From positions 7,256 through 71,255 of the forward strand of contig JAFXVM010000001.1 in NCBI GenBank assembly GCA_017524525.1: a stretch of 64,000 nt of DNA. The letters are read 5' to 3'. The first letter of the stretch is position 1. Each line of letters starts with the position of its first letter. Shown here piece after piece: positions 45,175 through 54,286 of this stretch. Origin of the DNA: Alphaproteobacteria bacterium (GTDB lineage: Bacteria > Pseudomonadota > Alphaproteobacteria > Rs-D84). The notes beneath the pieces were generated by a model. It had not been told where the DNA came from, ran no database searches, and worked only from the letters and a program-made list of their open reading frames with translations. A program made the translations under genes and the position numbers.

Positions 45175-46495
45175 TTTTCATCCCTTCGATTCCTGATTTT
45201 ATATCGCCGATAGCCAGCGCAACCGCCGCACGTTTTACAAACAAATCATATTTAGCAGCATTATTTTGTTTTTGTGCGTTAATCAATTCAGATTGAGCAG
45301 TTTGCCAATCCAACATAGTTGCACGACCTACTTTGTACATACCAGATGTGACGCGTTCATTTTCAGTTGCCGATTTAAGCAGGCTTTCTGCGTGTTTCAA
45401 AACTGTTTGTGCTGTTTTATAATTTTGATACGCAGTAAACACATCCATCATCGCAGTATTATTCGTTTGCTGTTCATTATATTTTGCCCTGTCGTAATCT
45501 GATTCTGCAGCGCGAAGCCCGTAAAGATTTGCAAATCCCGCAAACAACGGCATAGACGCACGAATCCCAATAGAGCCATTTATTTGATTTGAATCTGGTT
45601 CAAAGACACCAGGCAATTTTTCATCGTTCCATCCCACAGAACCACTTGCAGTAATGGACGGCAAGTTTTTCAAAAATGCAGCGTTTCTTTTGTGCCATGC
45701 CGCATCTTTGTTCGCAGTTGCTTTTAATAAATCTGGTCTTTTTTCACGCGCAATCTTTATCAATTCGTCTATGTTTTCGTTTTCTGCCTCTGTTCCAAAA
45801 GTCGAAGACATATCAGCAATCACTATCTCTTGATCTGCGGGAAAAGAAAGTTTTGTTAAAAGTGTTCCTTTGGCTATCTCTCGATTATTCTTTGCGCGTT
45901 CCAAAGATAATTGAGACGAAGCCAATGTTGTATCAGCCTTATACACATCTGCCTTGGCTACTGAACCTGCTTTGTATTTTTTATCCGCCATGTCTTTTGC
46001 GGTTTGCGCAACCTTTAACGCAGATTCTGCAGATTCAACGTCTGCGTCCGCATTCAGCAATTCATAGTATGCCCCAACCAAACCATAAACAAAATTTTGT
46101 ACTGTTGCGTCATAATCAAAGCCCGCAGCACGATAAGTTGCAATCATTTGATTCATATCAGCAGTACGTTTACCAAAATCAAAAATCAAATAAGACGCAG
46201 AAATAGACGCGCCATAATTCCAATCGTCCCATTCTTTGTTTCTGTAATTCTTGTTTGCAGAGACAGACGCAGAAACATTCGGCAAATAATTGGAATATGC
46301 GGCATTTTTATTAAAATGACTGCTGCGCAACGAAGCGTATGCCGCCGCAGTTTGCGGATTACGACAAAGCCCCAGTTTAATAACATCTTGCAAAGTTTGT
46401 ACGCCGTCTGGTGTATGTCGCATAGTAGCACAATCTTGTGCACCAAAAGCCAAAGCCGGCGTCAGTACAGCAAGTATCGTAATATACAATTTCAT
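45167..46495 (-). CDS. TolC-family outer membrane channel
   Basis: 442 aa. Signal peptide and two OEP-type repeats. First gene of the efflux operon. Confidence 0.75.
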   Translation of the reverse strand: MKLYITILAVLTPALAFGAQDCATMRHTPDGVQTLQDVIKLGLCRNPQTAAAYASLRSSHFNKNAAYSNYLPNVSASVSANKNYRNKEWDDWNYGASISASYLIFDFGKRTADMNQMIATYRAAGFDYDATVQNFVYGLVGAYYELLNADADVESAESALKVAQTAKDMADKKYKAGSVAKADVYKADTTLASSQLSLERAKNNREIAKGTLLTKLSFPADQEIVIADMSSTFGTEAENENIDELIKIAREKRPDLLKATANKDAAWHKRNAAFLKNLPSITASGSVGWNDEKLPGVFEPDSNQINGSIGIRASMPLFAGFANLYGLRAAESDYDRAKYNEQQTNNTAMMDVFTAYQNYKTAQTVLKHAESLLKSATENERVTSGMYKVGRATMLDWQTAQSELINAQKQNNAAKYDLFVKRAAVALAIGDIKSGIEGMKND

Positions 46496-46596
46496 AAGGG
46501 GTCCCTTTACATTCTAACTGAATATTATCCTATCATATTTGATATTTTTTTTGAAGTGTTTTTTTTAGTTATCCCGTAATTGAACTTAAAAAATAC

Positions 46597-46624
46597 TTGA
46601 CAAATTGTTTTTGTGTGCTATAAA
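46597..46624 (+). promoter_or_regulatory. Sigma70-like promoter sharing a 16-nt block with the sRNA promoter
   Basis: TTGACA (46597-46602), a 16-nt spacer, then TATAAA (46619-46624). aaaatacttgacaaat is identical to 16163-16178. Confidence 0.45.
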
Positions 46625-46655
46625 CACATAAAACAAACAACAAAAAGGTTAAATT

Positions 46656-47963
46656 ATGCTACTGGGAACTAAATTGATAGCAAAAGAAGAAAAAAGTTTA
46701 GAACGCTCAAGACAAGCGCGAGCTTCTGCTTTTCAAAAAGATACTGCTATTATCAAAGAAATCTTTGATGCATCATCCAATTGCAAAGCTGCAAAAGCCT
46801 GCAAAATTCTCGCAGAACCAGAAAATTTAAGAAGACTTTTGGTTTGCGACAAAGGAAACAACGTTGCCTGCTTTTATTCATTGCATGCGCTTTTCATTGT
46901 TTTGGCTTTGAGAGACATTAATCGCAAGGCGTTTTTAAATACTATGACAGATGAAAACATCAACGTTTTGCGCGAATTAATCTTGGTCGCAAAACAGCGC
47001 CCTTTGCCTAACAAAGAATCATTAAACACAATATTAAAGACTCGTACGGCAAGAAAATTGGTGCCAGCAACCCAAGAATATATCTCTAACCAAAATATGA
47101 TATTGTCTGCGCGCTTGACAACGGATGTTGCTGATTGGTGGGAAGACGCAACCAAACAATTAGAAATTTGGCTGAACGACATAGACAATTTTAAACGCGA
47201 AAAAACATCTGTTTCCACAGAAAACTGGTGGTCATTAGCAGATTTAGCACAAAAATTAGGCTGTAAAAACCTAAATGCTTTTTACATGAAAAAGTGCGAA
47301 CTTTTGAAACAAAAACCTCTGTTAGCGGCTGAAATAAACAGCTGGTTTGCAGCAAAAGGGCAAAAAAAATTGTTTAACCCTGACTGTTTCGCCGAATTTA
47401 AGGCTTTGTGGAATTCTGTAACCCTTCCTACTAGAGAGAAAAAATCATTGACAAAACCAAGAAAACCGGTCAAAGCCGTCGCATCAAAGGCAGAACGCAA
47501 ACCACGTAAAGCAATTAAAGCGACTGTTGTCCCTGTTGTTGAACAACCAAAAGAAACAGCAAACGCCCAAAAGCCTGTTGTTAAATGCGGTCGCAAACCA
47601 AGACAAGTTCAAGAACCTGCAAAAACCAAAAACAAAGAATTAAAAACTTTGACAGATTTCAAAGCGTTTAAAGAATTTATAGACTGGTTGGCAGAACAAA
47701 ACGCAGAAGCACAAAATGATTTTAATACTAAAACTGTCGATTACGAATCCGAATTGGATGCTATTCGCGAAATCAAAGATTCTGAACAACGTGTTGAATT
47801 ATTACAACAAATCACAGAAGCAAATGCTGCTGTCATAGAATCTGAAAAAACTTTTAATCAAATTGCTGCTCAATTTGCCAAAGCCACTAAATTGTTTGAT
47901 GATTTGAAAAAAGCACAAGCAGGCTTGAAAGAAATGATGGAAGATGCTCAAAAACAAAAATAA
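46656..47963 (+). CDS. Hypothetical protein with basic KPRK-rich centre and coiled-coil C-terminus
   Basis: 435 aa. KPRKPVKAVASKAERKPRKAIKA...CGRKPRQ. No family recognised. Confidence 0.45.
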   Translation: MLLGTKLIAKEEKSLERSRQARASAFQKDTAIIKEIFDASSNCKAAKACKILAEPENLRRLLVCDKGNNVACFYSLHALFIVLALRDINRKAFLNTMTDENINVLRELILVAKQRPLPNKESLNTILKTRTARKLVPATQEYISNQNMILSARLTTDVADWWEDATKQLEIWLNDIDNFKREKTSVSTENWWSLADLAQKLGCKNLNAFYMKKCELLKQKPLLAAEINSWFAAKGQKKLFNPDCFAEFKALWNSVTLPTREKKSLTKPRKPVKAVASKAERKPRKAIKATVVPVVEQPKETANAQKPVVKCGRKPRQVQEPAKTKNKELKTLTDFKAFKEFIDWLAEQNAEAQNDFNTKTVDYESELDAIREIKDSEQRVELLQQITEANAAVIESEKTFNQIAAQFAKATKLFDDLKKAQAGLKEMMEDAQKQK

Positions 47964-47983
47964 TTTTGTTGCTTGTAAAAAAA

Positions 47984-48005
47984 CCGCCACGATGGCGGTT
48001 TTTTT
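47984..48005 (+). terminator. Intrinsic terminator
   Basis: CCGCCACGATGGCGG followed by T7. Confidence 0.7.
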
Positions 48006-48069
48006 CCTTGTAAATACATAGCTGTTTGGTATATCATCCATAATGAACTTAGAACAAAAAGGATTTATT

Positions 48070-48624
48070 ATGATAGCAGCAATTATTATATTAGCGTGTC
48101 TGGTTTTATTTTTCATTGTGACTTACAATTCTTTGGTTGCGGGACGCCAAAATGTCAAAGAAGCATGGGCAACCGTGAACACTCAATTGAAACGCAGATA
48201 TGATTTGATTCCTAATTTAGTAGAGGTTGTAAAAGGTTATGCAAAACACGAACGCGAAACTTTGGCTGCTGTAATAGAAGCACGTTCTGCGGCTATGTCC
48301 GCCAAAGGCGTTGCTGGCAAAAACGCAGAAGAAGGTGCATTATCCGGGGCATTAAAATCTTTGTTTGCTTTGTCTGAAAGTTATCCTGATTTGAAAGCAA
48401 ATACTAATTTCTTGGAATTACAGCAAGAATTGTCCGACACTGAAACCAAGATTCAGGCAGCAAGACAATTTTACAATACAGTCGTGCAAAGCATGAATAT
48501 CAAAGTTAAATCTTTCCCATCTAACATTGTTGCAGGTATGTTCCATTTTGGCGAAGAAAAATATTTCGAATTAGACGAAGCTGAACGCGAAGCAGTAAAG
48601 CATGCACCAAGCGTAAAATTTTAA
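48070..48624 (+). CDS. lemA: LemA family protein
   Basis: 184 aa from ATG 48070 (AAAGGA RBS). TM helix, then YNSLV...VKEAWATVNTQLKRRYDLIPNLVE. Confidence 0.8.
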   Translation: MIAAIIILACLVLFFIVTYNSLVAGRQNVKEAWATVNTQLKRRYDLIPNLVEVVKGYAKHERETLAAVIEARSAAMSAKGVAGKNAEEGALSGALKSLFALSESYPDLKANTNFLELQQELSDTETKIQAARQFYNTVVQSMNIKVKSFPSNIVAGMFHFGEEKYFELDEAEREAVKHAPSVKF

Positions 48625-48634
48625 GGTTTAATTT

Positions 48635-49573
48635 ATGACACAGGATGTTTATCAACACATAAAACACAACAATATGAAAACTATATTGTTGGTGTTATTG
48701 TTCCCTGTTGTTTTATGTGTTTTGATATTTGCTATATCTTGTGCGGTTATGTCTGCAGACGAAGCATTGAATTTAATGTCTACCGCTTTTCCTGTGATTG
48801 CGTGCGTATGTTTGATATGGGCGATTGTTTCTTATTCTTGTGGCAGTGATATGATGTTGGGATTTGCTGGGGCGCACGAATTAAATAACAAAAGCGAAGA
48901 AAACAAAAAAGTTTATAAGAGTGTCGAAAACGTTGCACTGGCCGCAGGATTGCCTTGCCCACGGGTATATGTGATAGATGACGACAGTTTAAATGCCTTT
49001 GCAACTGGCACTTCGCCGAATAACGCTTCAATTGCTTTGACGCGTGGTATTATAAAAAAATTAACCCCTTTGGAATTAGAAGCGGTTATTGCGCACGAAA
49101 TGGGACATATAAAAAATCGCGATGTTAGATTAGATGTTATAATCATTACTTGTTTGGGGGCTTTGACTTTGTTAGCAGATGTTATTGCCCGTTCTTTCAT
49201 TTATTCTGACAGTGGGCGACACAACAGCAAAGAACAAGATAATGCACGCGCAATATTGCTGATAGTGTGGCTTTCGTTATTAGTGTTCAATTTATTTTTT
49301 GCACCGATTATATATTTTGCTTTGTCACGAACACGCGAATATGCAGCAGACGCTGCATCAGCACATATTACCAGAAATCCGTCTGCACTGATTTCTGCAT
49401 TACAAAAAATCAGTATTGATCCGCGCGTTGAATCTTTGGATAAATGCAAATTAATGGGGAACATTTGTATTGCAAATCCTTTGGATAAAAAGCGTATGTT
49501 TGCCGGTATTGGCGAAACTCATCCTTCTGTTGAAAATCGCATAAAAAGATTAAAATCTATGCGCGGGTTTTAA
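48635..49573 (+). CDS. htpX: M48-family (HtpX-like) zinc metalloprotease
   Basis: 312 aa. HEMGHIKNRD motif, 4 TM segments, and EYAADA. Confidence 0.8.
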   Translation: MTQDVYQHIKHNNMKTILLVLLFPVVLCVLIFAISCAVMSADEALNLMSTAFPVIACVCLIWAIVSYSCGSDMMLGFAGAHELNNKSEENKKVYKSVENVALAAGLPCPRVYVIDDDSLNAFATGTSPNNASIALTRGIIKKLTPLELEAVIAHEMGHIKNRDVRLDVIIITCLGALTLLADVIARSFIYSDSGRHNSKEQDNARAILLIVWLSLLVFNLFFAPIIYFALSRTREYAADAASAHITRNPSALISALQKISIDPRVESLDKCKLMGNICIANPLDKKRMFAGIGETHPSVENRIKRLKSMRGF

Positions 49574-50498
49574 TGTGTTGCGCGTTTAAAAATTTATTCT
49601 TTTGAATTTCAAATTCTGCCAAAGCGTTACTTAATTTTTCTTGGTCTTGTTTGGTCATTGTCCCAAGTGTCCGCAATACCGGCGAAGAAATTAAATTCAT
49701 ATTGTACAAAGCCTGTTTAATAGGAATCGGGTTTGTAGTCATAAATAATGATTTAAATAGCGGATAAAGCATTTGATGATATTGTTGTGAAAGCATCGGG
49801 TTTGAATTAAAATTCGTTATCATTTGGTTAATCATTTTACCTGCCAAGTGCGACGCAACACTTACCACACCTTTGGCACCCAAAGACAACATAGGCAAAG
49901 TCAAACTGTCATCGCCAGAATAAATTTGAAATGTTGCAGGGCATTTTATTCTAATCTCGCTAACTTTGTCCAAATCAGGCATACTTTGTTTTACACCGAT
50001 GATATTTGGATTATCGTGTGCCAAATGCGCGATTGTATCTGGTAAAATTTCTGTACCTGTGCGCGATGGAATATTATAAATAAAGATTGGTTTATTAGAC
50101 ACAGATTTTGCCACATTTGAAAAATGAGCATACAAATCTTTTTGTGGCGGTTTTATATATTCTGGAACGCTTATCAATACAGCGTCTGCCCCTAAATCAA
50201 AAGCACAATTAGATTTTTCGATAACGCGATTGGTGTTTGTATCACCCGTAGAAACAATAATTTTTGTATCTTTTGGCGTATTTTGACGAACATTTTTAAT
50301 AATATATTGTTTTTCTCGTGAAGATAATTGAGCGGCTTCGCCTGTTGAACCAACCAACAACAAAGAATCAGTACCGTTCTTTAATAAATAATTAGCCAAA
50401 TTAATTGCGCCAGCCAAATCGACCGTATTATTGTCGTCATCTAAAAACGGCGTGACCATAGCCGTAATAACCTTTCCAAAATCAGTATCATTTACCAT
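49557..50498 (-). CDS. dapA: 4-hydroxy-tetrahydrodipicolinate synthase
   Basis: 313 aa. ITAMVTPF, GSTGEAAQLS, IYNIPSRTG, and GVKQS (catalytic Lys region). Confidence 0.8.
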   Translation of the reverse strand: MVNDTDFGKVITAMVTPFLDDDNNTVDLAGAINLANYLLKNGTDSLLLVGSTGEAAQLSSREKQYIIKNVRQNTPKDTKIIVSTGDTNTNRVIEKSNCAFDLGADAVLISVPEYIKPPQKDLYAHFSNVAKSVSNKPIFIYNIPSRTGTEILPDTIAHLAHDNPNIIGVKQSMPDLDKVSEIRIKCPATFQIYSGDDSLTLPMLSLGAKGVVSVASHLAGKMINQMITNFNSNPMLSQQYHQMLYPLFKSLFMTTNPIPIKQALYNMNLISSPVLRTLGTMTKQDQEKLSNALAEFEIQKNKFLNAQHIKTRA

Positions 50499-50602
50499 TT
50501 CTTATATAAATACTTCGTTGTGATATTTATACACCCTTTTGTAAAAAAGTCAATTTATACTTGCGGTGCACATGTTATATGATAAACTTAAAAGAAACTG
50601 CC

Positions 50603-51379
50603 ATGAAAAATATTGATTTAACTTCTAATTTAATTGATTTTACCAAAGACGCTGATTTAGAACAAATTGGTATTGGGTGTTCTGGGGACAGCGTTATTAA
50701 AATCACCAAAAACGACAATGTATACTTTTTAAAGTATTCTGCAAATCCAACCATACAGATTGAATACGAAAAATTAAAATGGCTGCAGGGTAAATTACCT
50801 GTGCCAAAAATCGTGTCATATGAAGAAAAAGACGGAAAATATTACTTATTGACGCACAAATTAGATGGTGAAATGGTTTGTACCCCTTTCTATATGAAAA
50901 ATTGGCAGATTGGTTTGAATGTGATTCAACAGGCATTTTCTGTTTTATGGGACATCGATATAAGCGATTGCCCTTTTGATGCGGGAATCGATTACAAACT
51001 TAATCAAATCAAAAACAAATTAGACAATAATTTAATAAATCCAGAAGATATACGACCAGAATTTTTAGAAAAACACAATGGCATTCATGGTATGTATAAA
51101 TATCTAGTCGATAATCGTCCAAGCGAAAAGTTAGTTTTTTCTCATGGCGACACCAGTTTGCCTAACATCTTTGGAACTGGGGATAAATTAACTGGGTTTA
51201 TTGATGTTGCAGATTGTGGGGCTGCAGATATTTGGTTTGATATTGCAGTGACTGCTAAATCTGTACAAAGGAACTATGGCAAAGAAGCGTTGGATGTATT
51301 TTACAACCAAATAAAAAATCAAATTGGCGAAATAGATTTTGATGCTATTGAATACTATGTGACTCTGGTTGAATTTTAG
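50603..51379 (+). CDS. Aminoglycoside 3'-phosphotransferase-like kinase (APH family)
   Basis: 258 aa from ATG 50603. FSHGDTSLPNIF (Brenner motif HGDxxxxN) and GFIDVADCGAADIWFDIA. Confidence 0.7.
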   Translation: MKNIDLTSNLIDFTKDADLEQIGIGCSGDSVIKITKNDNVYFLKYSANPTIQIEYEKLKWLQGKLPVPKIVSYEEKDGKYYLLTHKLDGEMVCTPFYMKNWQIGLNVIQQAFSVLWDIDISDCPFDAGIDYKLNQIKNKLDNNLINPEDIRPEFLEKHNGIHGMYKYLVDNRPSEKLVFSHGDTSLPNIFGTGDKLTGFIDVADCGAADIWFDIAVTAKSVQRNYGKEALDVFYNQIKNQIGEIDFDAIEYYVTLVEF

Positions 51380-51417
51380 TTGATTTTTTTATTCAAAAGT
51401 ATTAATATAATCAGTGA

Positions 51418-51570
51418 ATCAAGGTGGATTTAACCAGACTTGTCCTGCCTTTAAATGGACTAAAAATGGAGTTGTTATCATGCATATTTCCAATTTTTTA
51501 CAAGTTGCAATGTATGGTGTATTTTTTGAATCCACCTTTGGTGTTTTTTACAAAACCAAAGGAGTAAATA
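51418..51570 (+). promoter_or_regulatory. Structured 5' leader (riboswitch-like) of the metK-like gene
   Basis: A perfect TATAAT at 51406-51411. 51421-51430 (aaggtggatt) pairs perfectly with 51529-51538 (aatccacctt). The overlapping hairpin 51535-51542/51555-51562 sequesters the SD AAGGAG (51559-51564). Confidence 0.5.
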
Positions 51571-52587
51571 ATGCAAAAAACAGCAGAAGCAGTGTCTTTG
51601 GGACACCCAGATAAAACAGCCGATTATATTTCCTGTTTTATTCTTGATAGAATAATCGAACAAGACAAACATGCCAAATACGCAGTCGAAGTTATGATTA
51701 AAGACAACACTGTTGTGATGGGTGGCGAAATTAAAAGCAATGCAAAAATCGAAAATTTAGACAATCTTGTAAAACAGGCTTTGGCTGAAATCGGCTATGA
51801 CGAAAGGTATTGTTCAATTTGGGGCAAATTCGTTATTAACCCATCAAAAATAAATGTTATCAATTTGATTGGCACTCAATCTGTTGATATTAATCGTGGC
51901 GTAGAAGCAGATGGTTGGGGCGACCAAGGCGTCTTTGTTGGATACGCTTGTCAAGGTGAAGGCAAAATAAATCGCGAATTGTTTTTAGCAAGCAAATTAA
52001 ATGATGAACTTTATAGCAAAGCACGCAACAGTGATAATTTAGGAATTGATATAAAAACACAAATCACATTAAACGATGGAAAAATCGAAACTGCGATTGT
52101 CGCAATTCCTATGTTAAAAGATGAAGATTTAACAGATTTCATTGTTTCTGTGTTGGAAGAAAAGCCAAAAAACATTATTGTAAACGGAACGGGACGATAC
52201 ACATATCACGGTTCTGTGGCAGATTGTGGTATTACAGGACGTAAATTGGCTTGTGATTTTTATTCTACTGCATGTCCTATTGGTGGTGGTTCACCGTGGA
52301 CCAAGGACGCCAGCAAAGCTGATTTGACTCTTAATATTTACGCGCGTATTTTGGCATGTGAAAATTTAGGCAACAATGATGAATGCTTTGTGTATTTATC
52401 TTCTTGCATTGGGCGCAGTGAATTACCAAGCGGATTAATAAAAACAATCAAAGACGAAAAAATATCGTATCATGATTTGTGGTCAAATCAAAAACCAAGC
52501 GCACTTATAAATTTCTTTGGTCTGGACGAACCTGTTTTTACTAAATTATGCAAAAAAGGTATTTCTGGAATATTGCCACAGAAATAA
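51571..52587 (+). CDS. Divergent, short S-adenosylmethionine synthetase homolog
   Basis: 338 aa. GHPDKTADYIS, GDQGVFVGYA, and DCGITGRKLACDFY...GGGSPWTKDASKAD parallel the MetK motifs GHPDK, GAGDQG, and D.GLTGRK...GGGAFSGKD..KVDRS. It is about 45 aa shorter than typical MetK. Confidence 0.6.
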   Translation: MQKTAEAVSLGHPDKTADYISCFILDRIIEQDKHAKYAVEVMIKDNTVVMGGEIKSNAKIENLDNLVKQALAEIGYDERYCSIWGKFVINPSKINVINLIGTQSVDINRGVEADGWGDQGVFVGYACQGEGKINRELFLASKLNDELYSKARNSDNLGIDIKTQITLNDGKIETAIVAIPMLKDEDLTDFIVSVLEEKPKNIIVNGTGRYTYHGSVADCGITGRKLACDFYSTACPIGGGSPWTKDASKADLTLNIYARILACENLGNNDECFVYLSSCIGRSELPSGLIKTIKDEKISYHDLWSNQKPSALINFFGLDEPVFTKLCKKGISGILPQK

Positions 52588-52599
52588 GCGACAAAAAAA

Positions 52600-52622
52600 C
52601 CGCCCCATTGGGACGGTTTTTA
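52600..52622. terminator. Bidirectional intrinsic terminator (imperfect stem)
   Basis: A-run, CCGCCCCATTGGGACGG, T-run. Confidence 0.5.
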
Positions 52623-52640
52623 TTTTATTTGCGGCGTTTA

Positions 52641-54134
52641 TTATTTGCCACGACCAAAATTCTTTTGTCGCATCAAGTAATATTTTCTGCCGCCATATAT
52701 TGCGCCAACGCCCAGCAAACCTAAGCCCAAACCAAGAGCGACGTTGCCTGCTTTTTTGCGTTTTTCGCTCAATTTTTCTTGAGCGATATTAAGTTGGTCT
52801 TGTGCAGCTTTGGTTTTATTTTCAGCCAAAGATTTTTCGAAACAATCTTTTGCGCGACCATATTTGCACTTTCCCATATATGCCATACCCATATTGAAAT
52901 GTGCTGCGCCACGTTGTTTGTTGGTTTGTGCGTATTTTAAAGCCGACATAGCATCTTGTAATGCTTTGTCATAATTTTCTGCTTGGTATGCATACAAAGA
53001 CTTATCGTTCAAAGAATCAACATTTACTGTTTTATCTTCGTTTGCTGGCAATATAACATACGTGGAAGATTTACCACCAGATACATCTTGCCATACATAG
53101 TCACCATTTTCTATTTTCGATACAATAGTAGGATCTATGCTATTTATCAACTGACGTACAGTTTCACAAGTAATCTTATTACCGTTTTTATCAACAGGAT
53201 TTTTTGCCCACTCTTTAAACTTTTTTAAAGCCTCAGGCTTGACTGTGATAGTACCATTGTTGTTAGTATTGAATAAAGCGGATTTATTTTTACCAACCAC
53301 ACACCAAAATTCATACATGCTTTTCATTGGTAAATCCAGCAAATCTTTGTATGTGATGTTGCCCATGGCAAGTTGCCCTTGCAACCAACGGCGCCAGTAA
53401 ATACCACCTCCTTCTGCACAAAAACCACCAAGGGAATTTGCCCAATCTTCAGTAGTTCCACCATTTAACGCTTTGTAAAAACTATAATTACCTCTAATAG
53501 GGTATTTTGCAAATACCTCTTTGACTTGTTCTGCATTGACATTATCCCCATATTTTTCATACAAATCGCGTAACTTTTCATTGCGTTCACAATGAGTTGT
53601 ACAGTTTTTGTTTTCAATGCAAGAAGTATTGGCATTATACATAACGTCTGCAAATCCTAATGCTTTTTCTTGTGTATCTATGTACAAACCATCTATCCCA
53701 ATTTCATAGCACCACATGAAATAGTAAGTTTCTACATTTTCATAAAAGTCCACAGATTTTTCCCATGCCTCTTGAACTGTGATATGGCGAGTATTCTTTG
53801 TGACGGCTTTTCCATCCATTTGTGTTATGCCAAAACCATGTGTCCATCTGTCTTTTTCGCCGTTATTTAGTCTTTTACTATATGGTTTACATAAACCGTT
53901 GTCATCAAATTCGGCGCCTTCTATCAAAATTGTTTGCACCATTACCAGAGGTGTTATTTGTTGCATGCGTTTTTTAAAATCACCGTATGTAGCATCTTGC
54001 TGTTCTTTTGCTTTTACTTCTGTTTTTGCTTCTTCTTTGTCATCAGATTTGTTCGAAGAACAACTAGATGCACCAAGTGCCAAGCCGCCAAGCACACTAG
54101 CGCCAAACAATAATTTATTTAATTTTTCGTTCAT
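52641..54134 (-). CDS. Lipoprotein with possible lysozyme-like core, TPR-like region and C-terminal TM anchor
   Basis: 497 aa from ATG 54134 (AAGGAA RBS). Lipobox LGGLALGASSC. HGFGITQMDGKAV...ITVQEAW is reminiscent of GH24-type lysozymes. TPR-like YDKALQDAM...AHFNMGMAYM. C-terminal GNVALGLGLGLLGVGAIYGG. Confidence 0.4.
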   Translation of the reverse strand: MNEKLNKLLFGASVLGGLALGASSCSSNKSDDKEEAKTEVKAKEQQDATYGDFKKRMQQITPLVMVQTILIEGAEFDDNGLCKPYSKRLNNGEKDRWTHGFGITQMDGKAVTKNTRHITVQEAWEKSVDFYENVETYYFMWCYEIGIDGLYIDTQEKALGFADVMYNANTSCIENKNCTTHCERNEKLRDLYEKYGDNVNAEQVKEVFAKYPIRGNYSFYKALNGGTTEDWANSLGGFCAEGGGIYWRRWLQGQLAMGNITYKDLLDLPMKSMYEFWCVVGKNKSALFNTNNNGTITVKPEALKKFKEWAKNPVDKNGNKITCETVRQLINSIDPTIVSKIENGDYVWQDVSGGKSSTYVILPANEDKTVNVDSLNDKSLYAYQAENYDKALQDAMSALKYAQTNKQRGAAHFNMGMAYMGKCKYGRAKDCFEKSLAENKTKAAQDQLNIAQEKLSEKRKKAGNVALGLGLGLLGVGAIYGGRKYYLMRQKNFGRGK

Positions 54135-54286
54135 TTTTCGTTCCTTTTGTTGTTTTATATGGGCATAATATAACACAAAACAAAATATCGTCAAGTATTT
54201 TTTTGCAAAAAAAAGCACAAAAACAACCCCAAAAACTGGTTTCGGCGGGTTTTATATCATTTTTTATCACGAAAACACGGCAGATG

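Noticed and set aside
42023-46495. TolC, MacA, ABC ATPase and FtsX-permease operon considered as a candidate novel system
   Set aside because: This is a standard tripartite MacAB-TolC-type efflux or secretion operon. The separate ATPase and permease genes are a common variant.
48070-49573. LemA plus M48 protease pair
   Set aside because: This is a widely conserved, ordinary gene pair. Nothing is unusual beyond a 17-nt convergent overlap with dapA.
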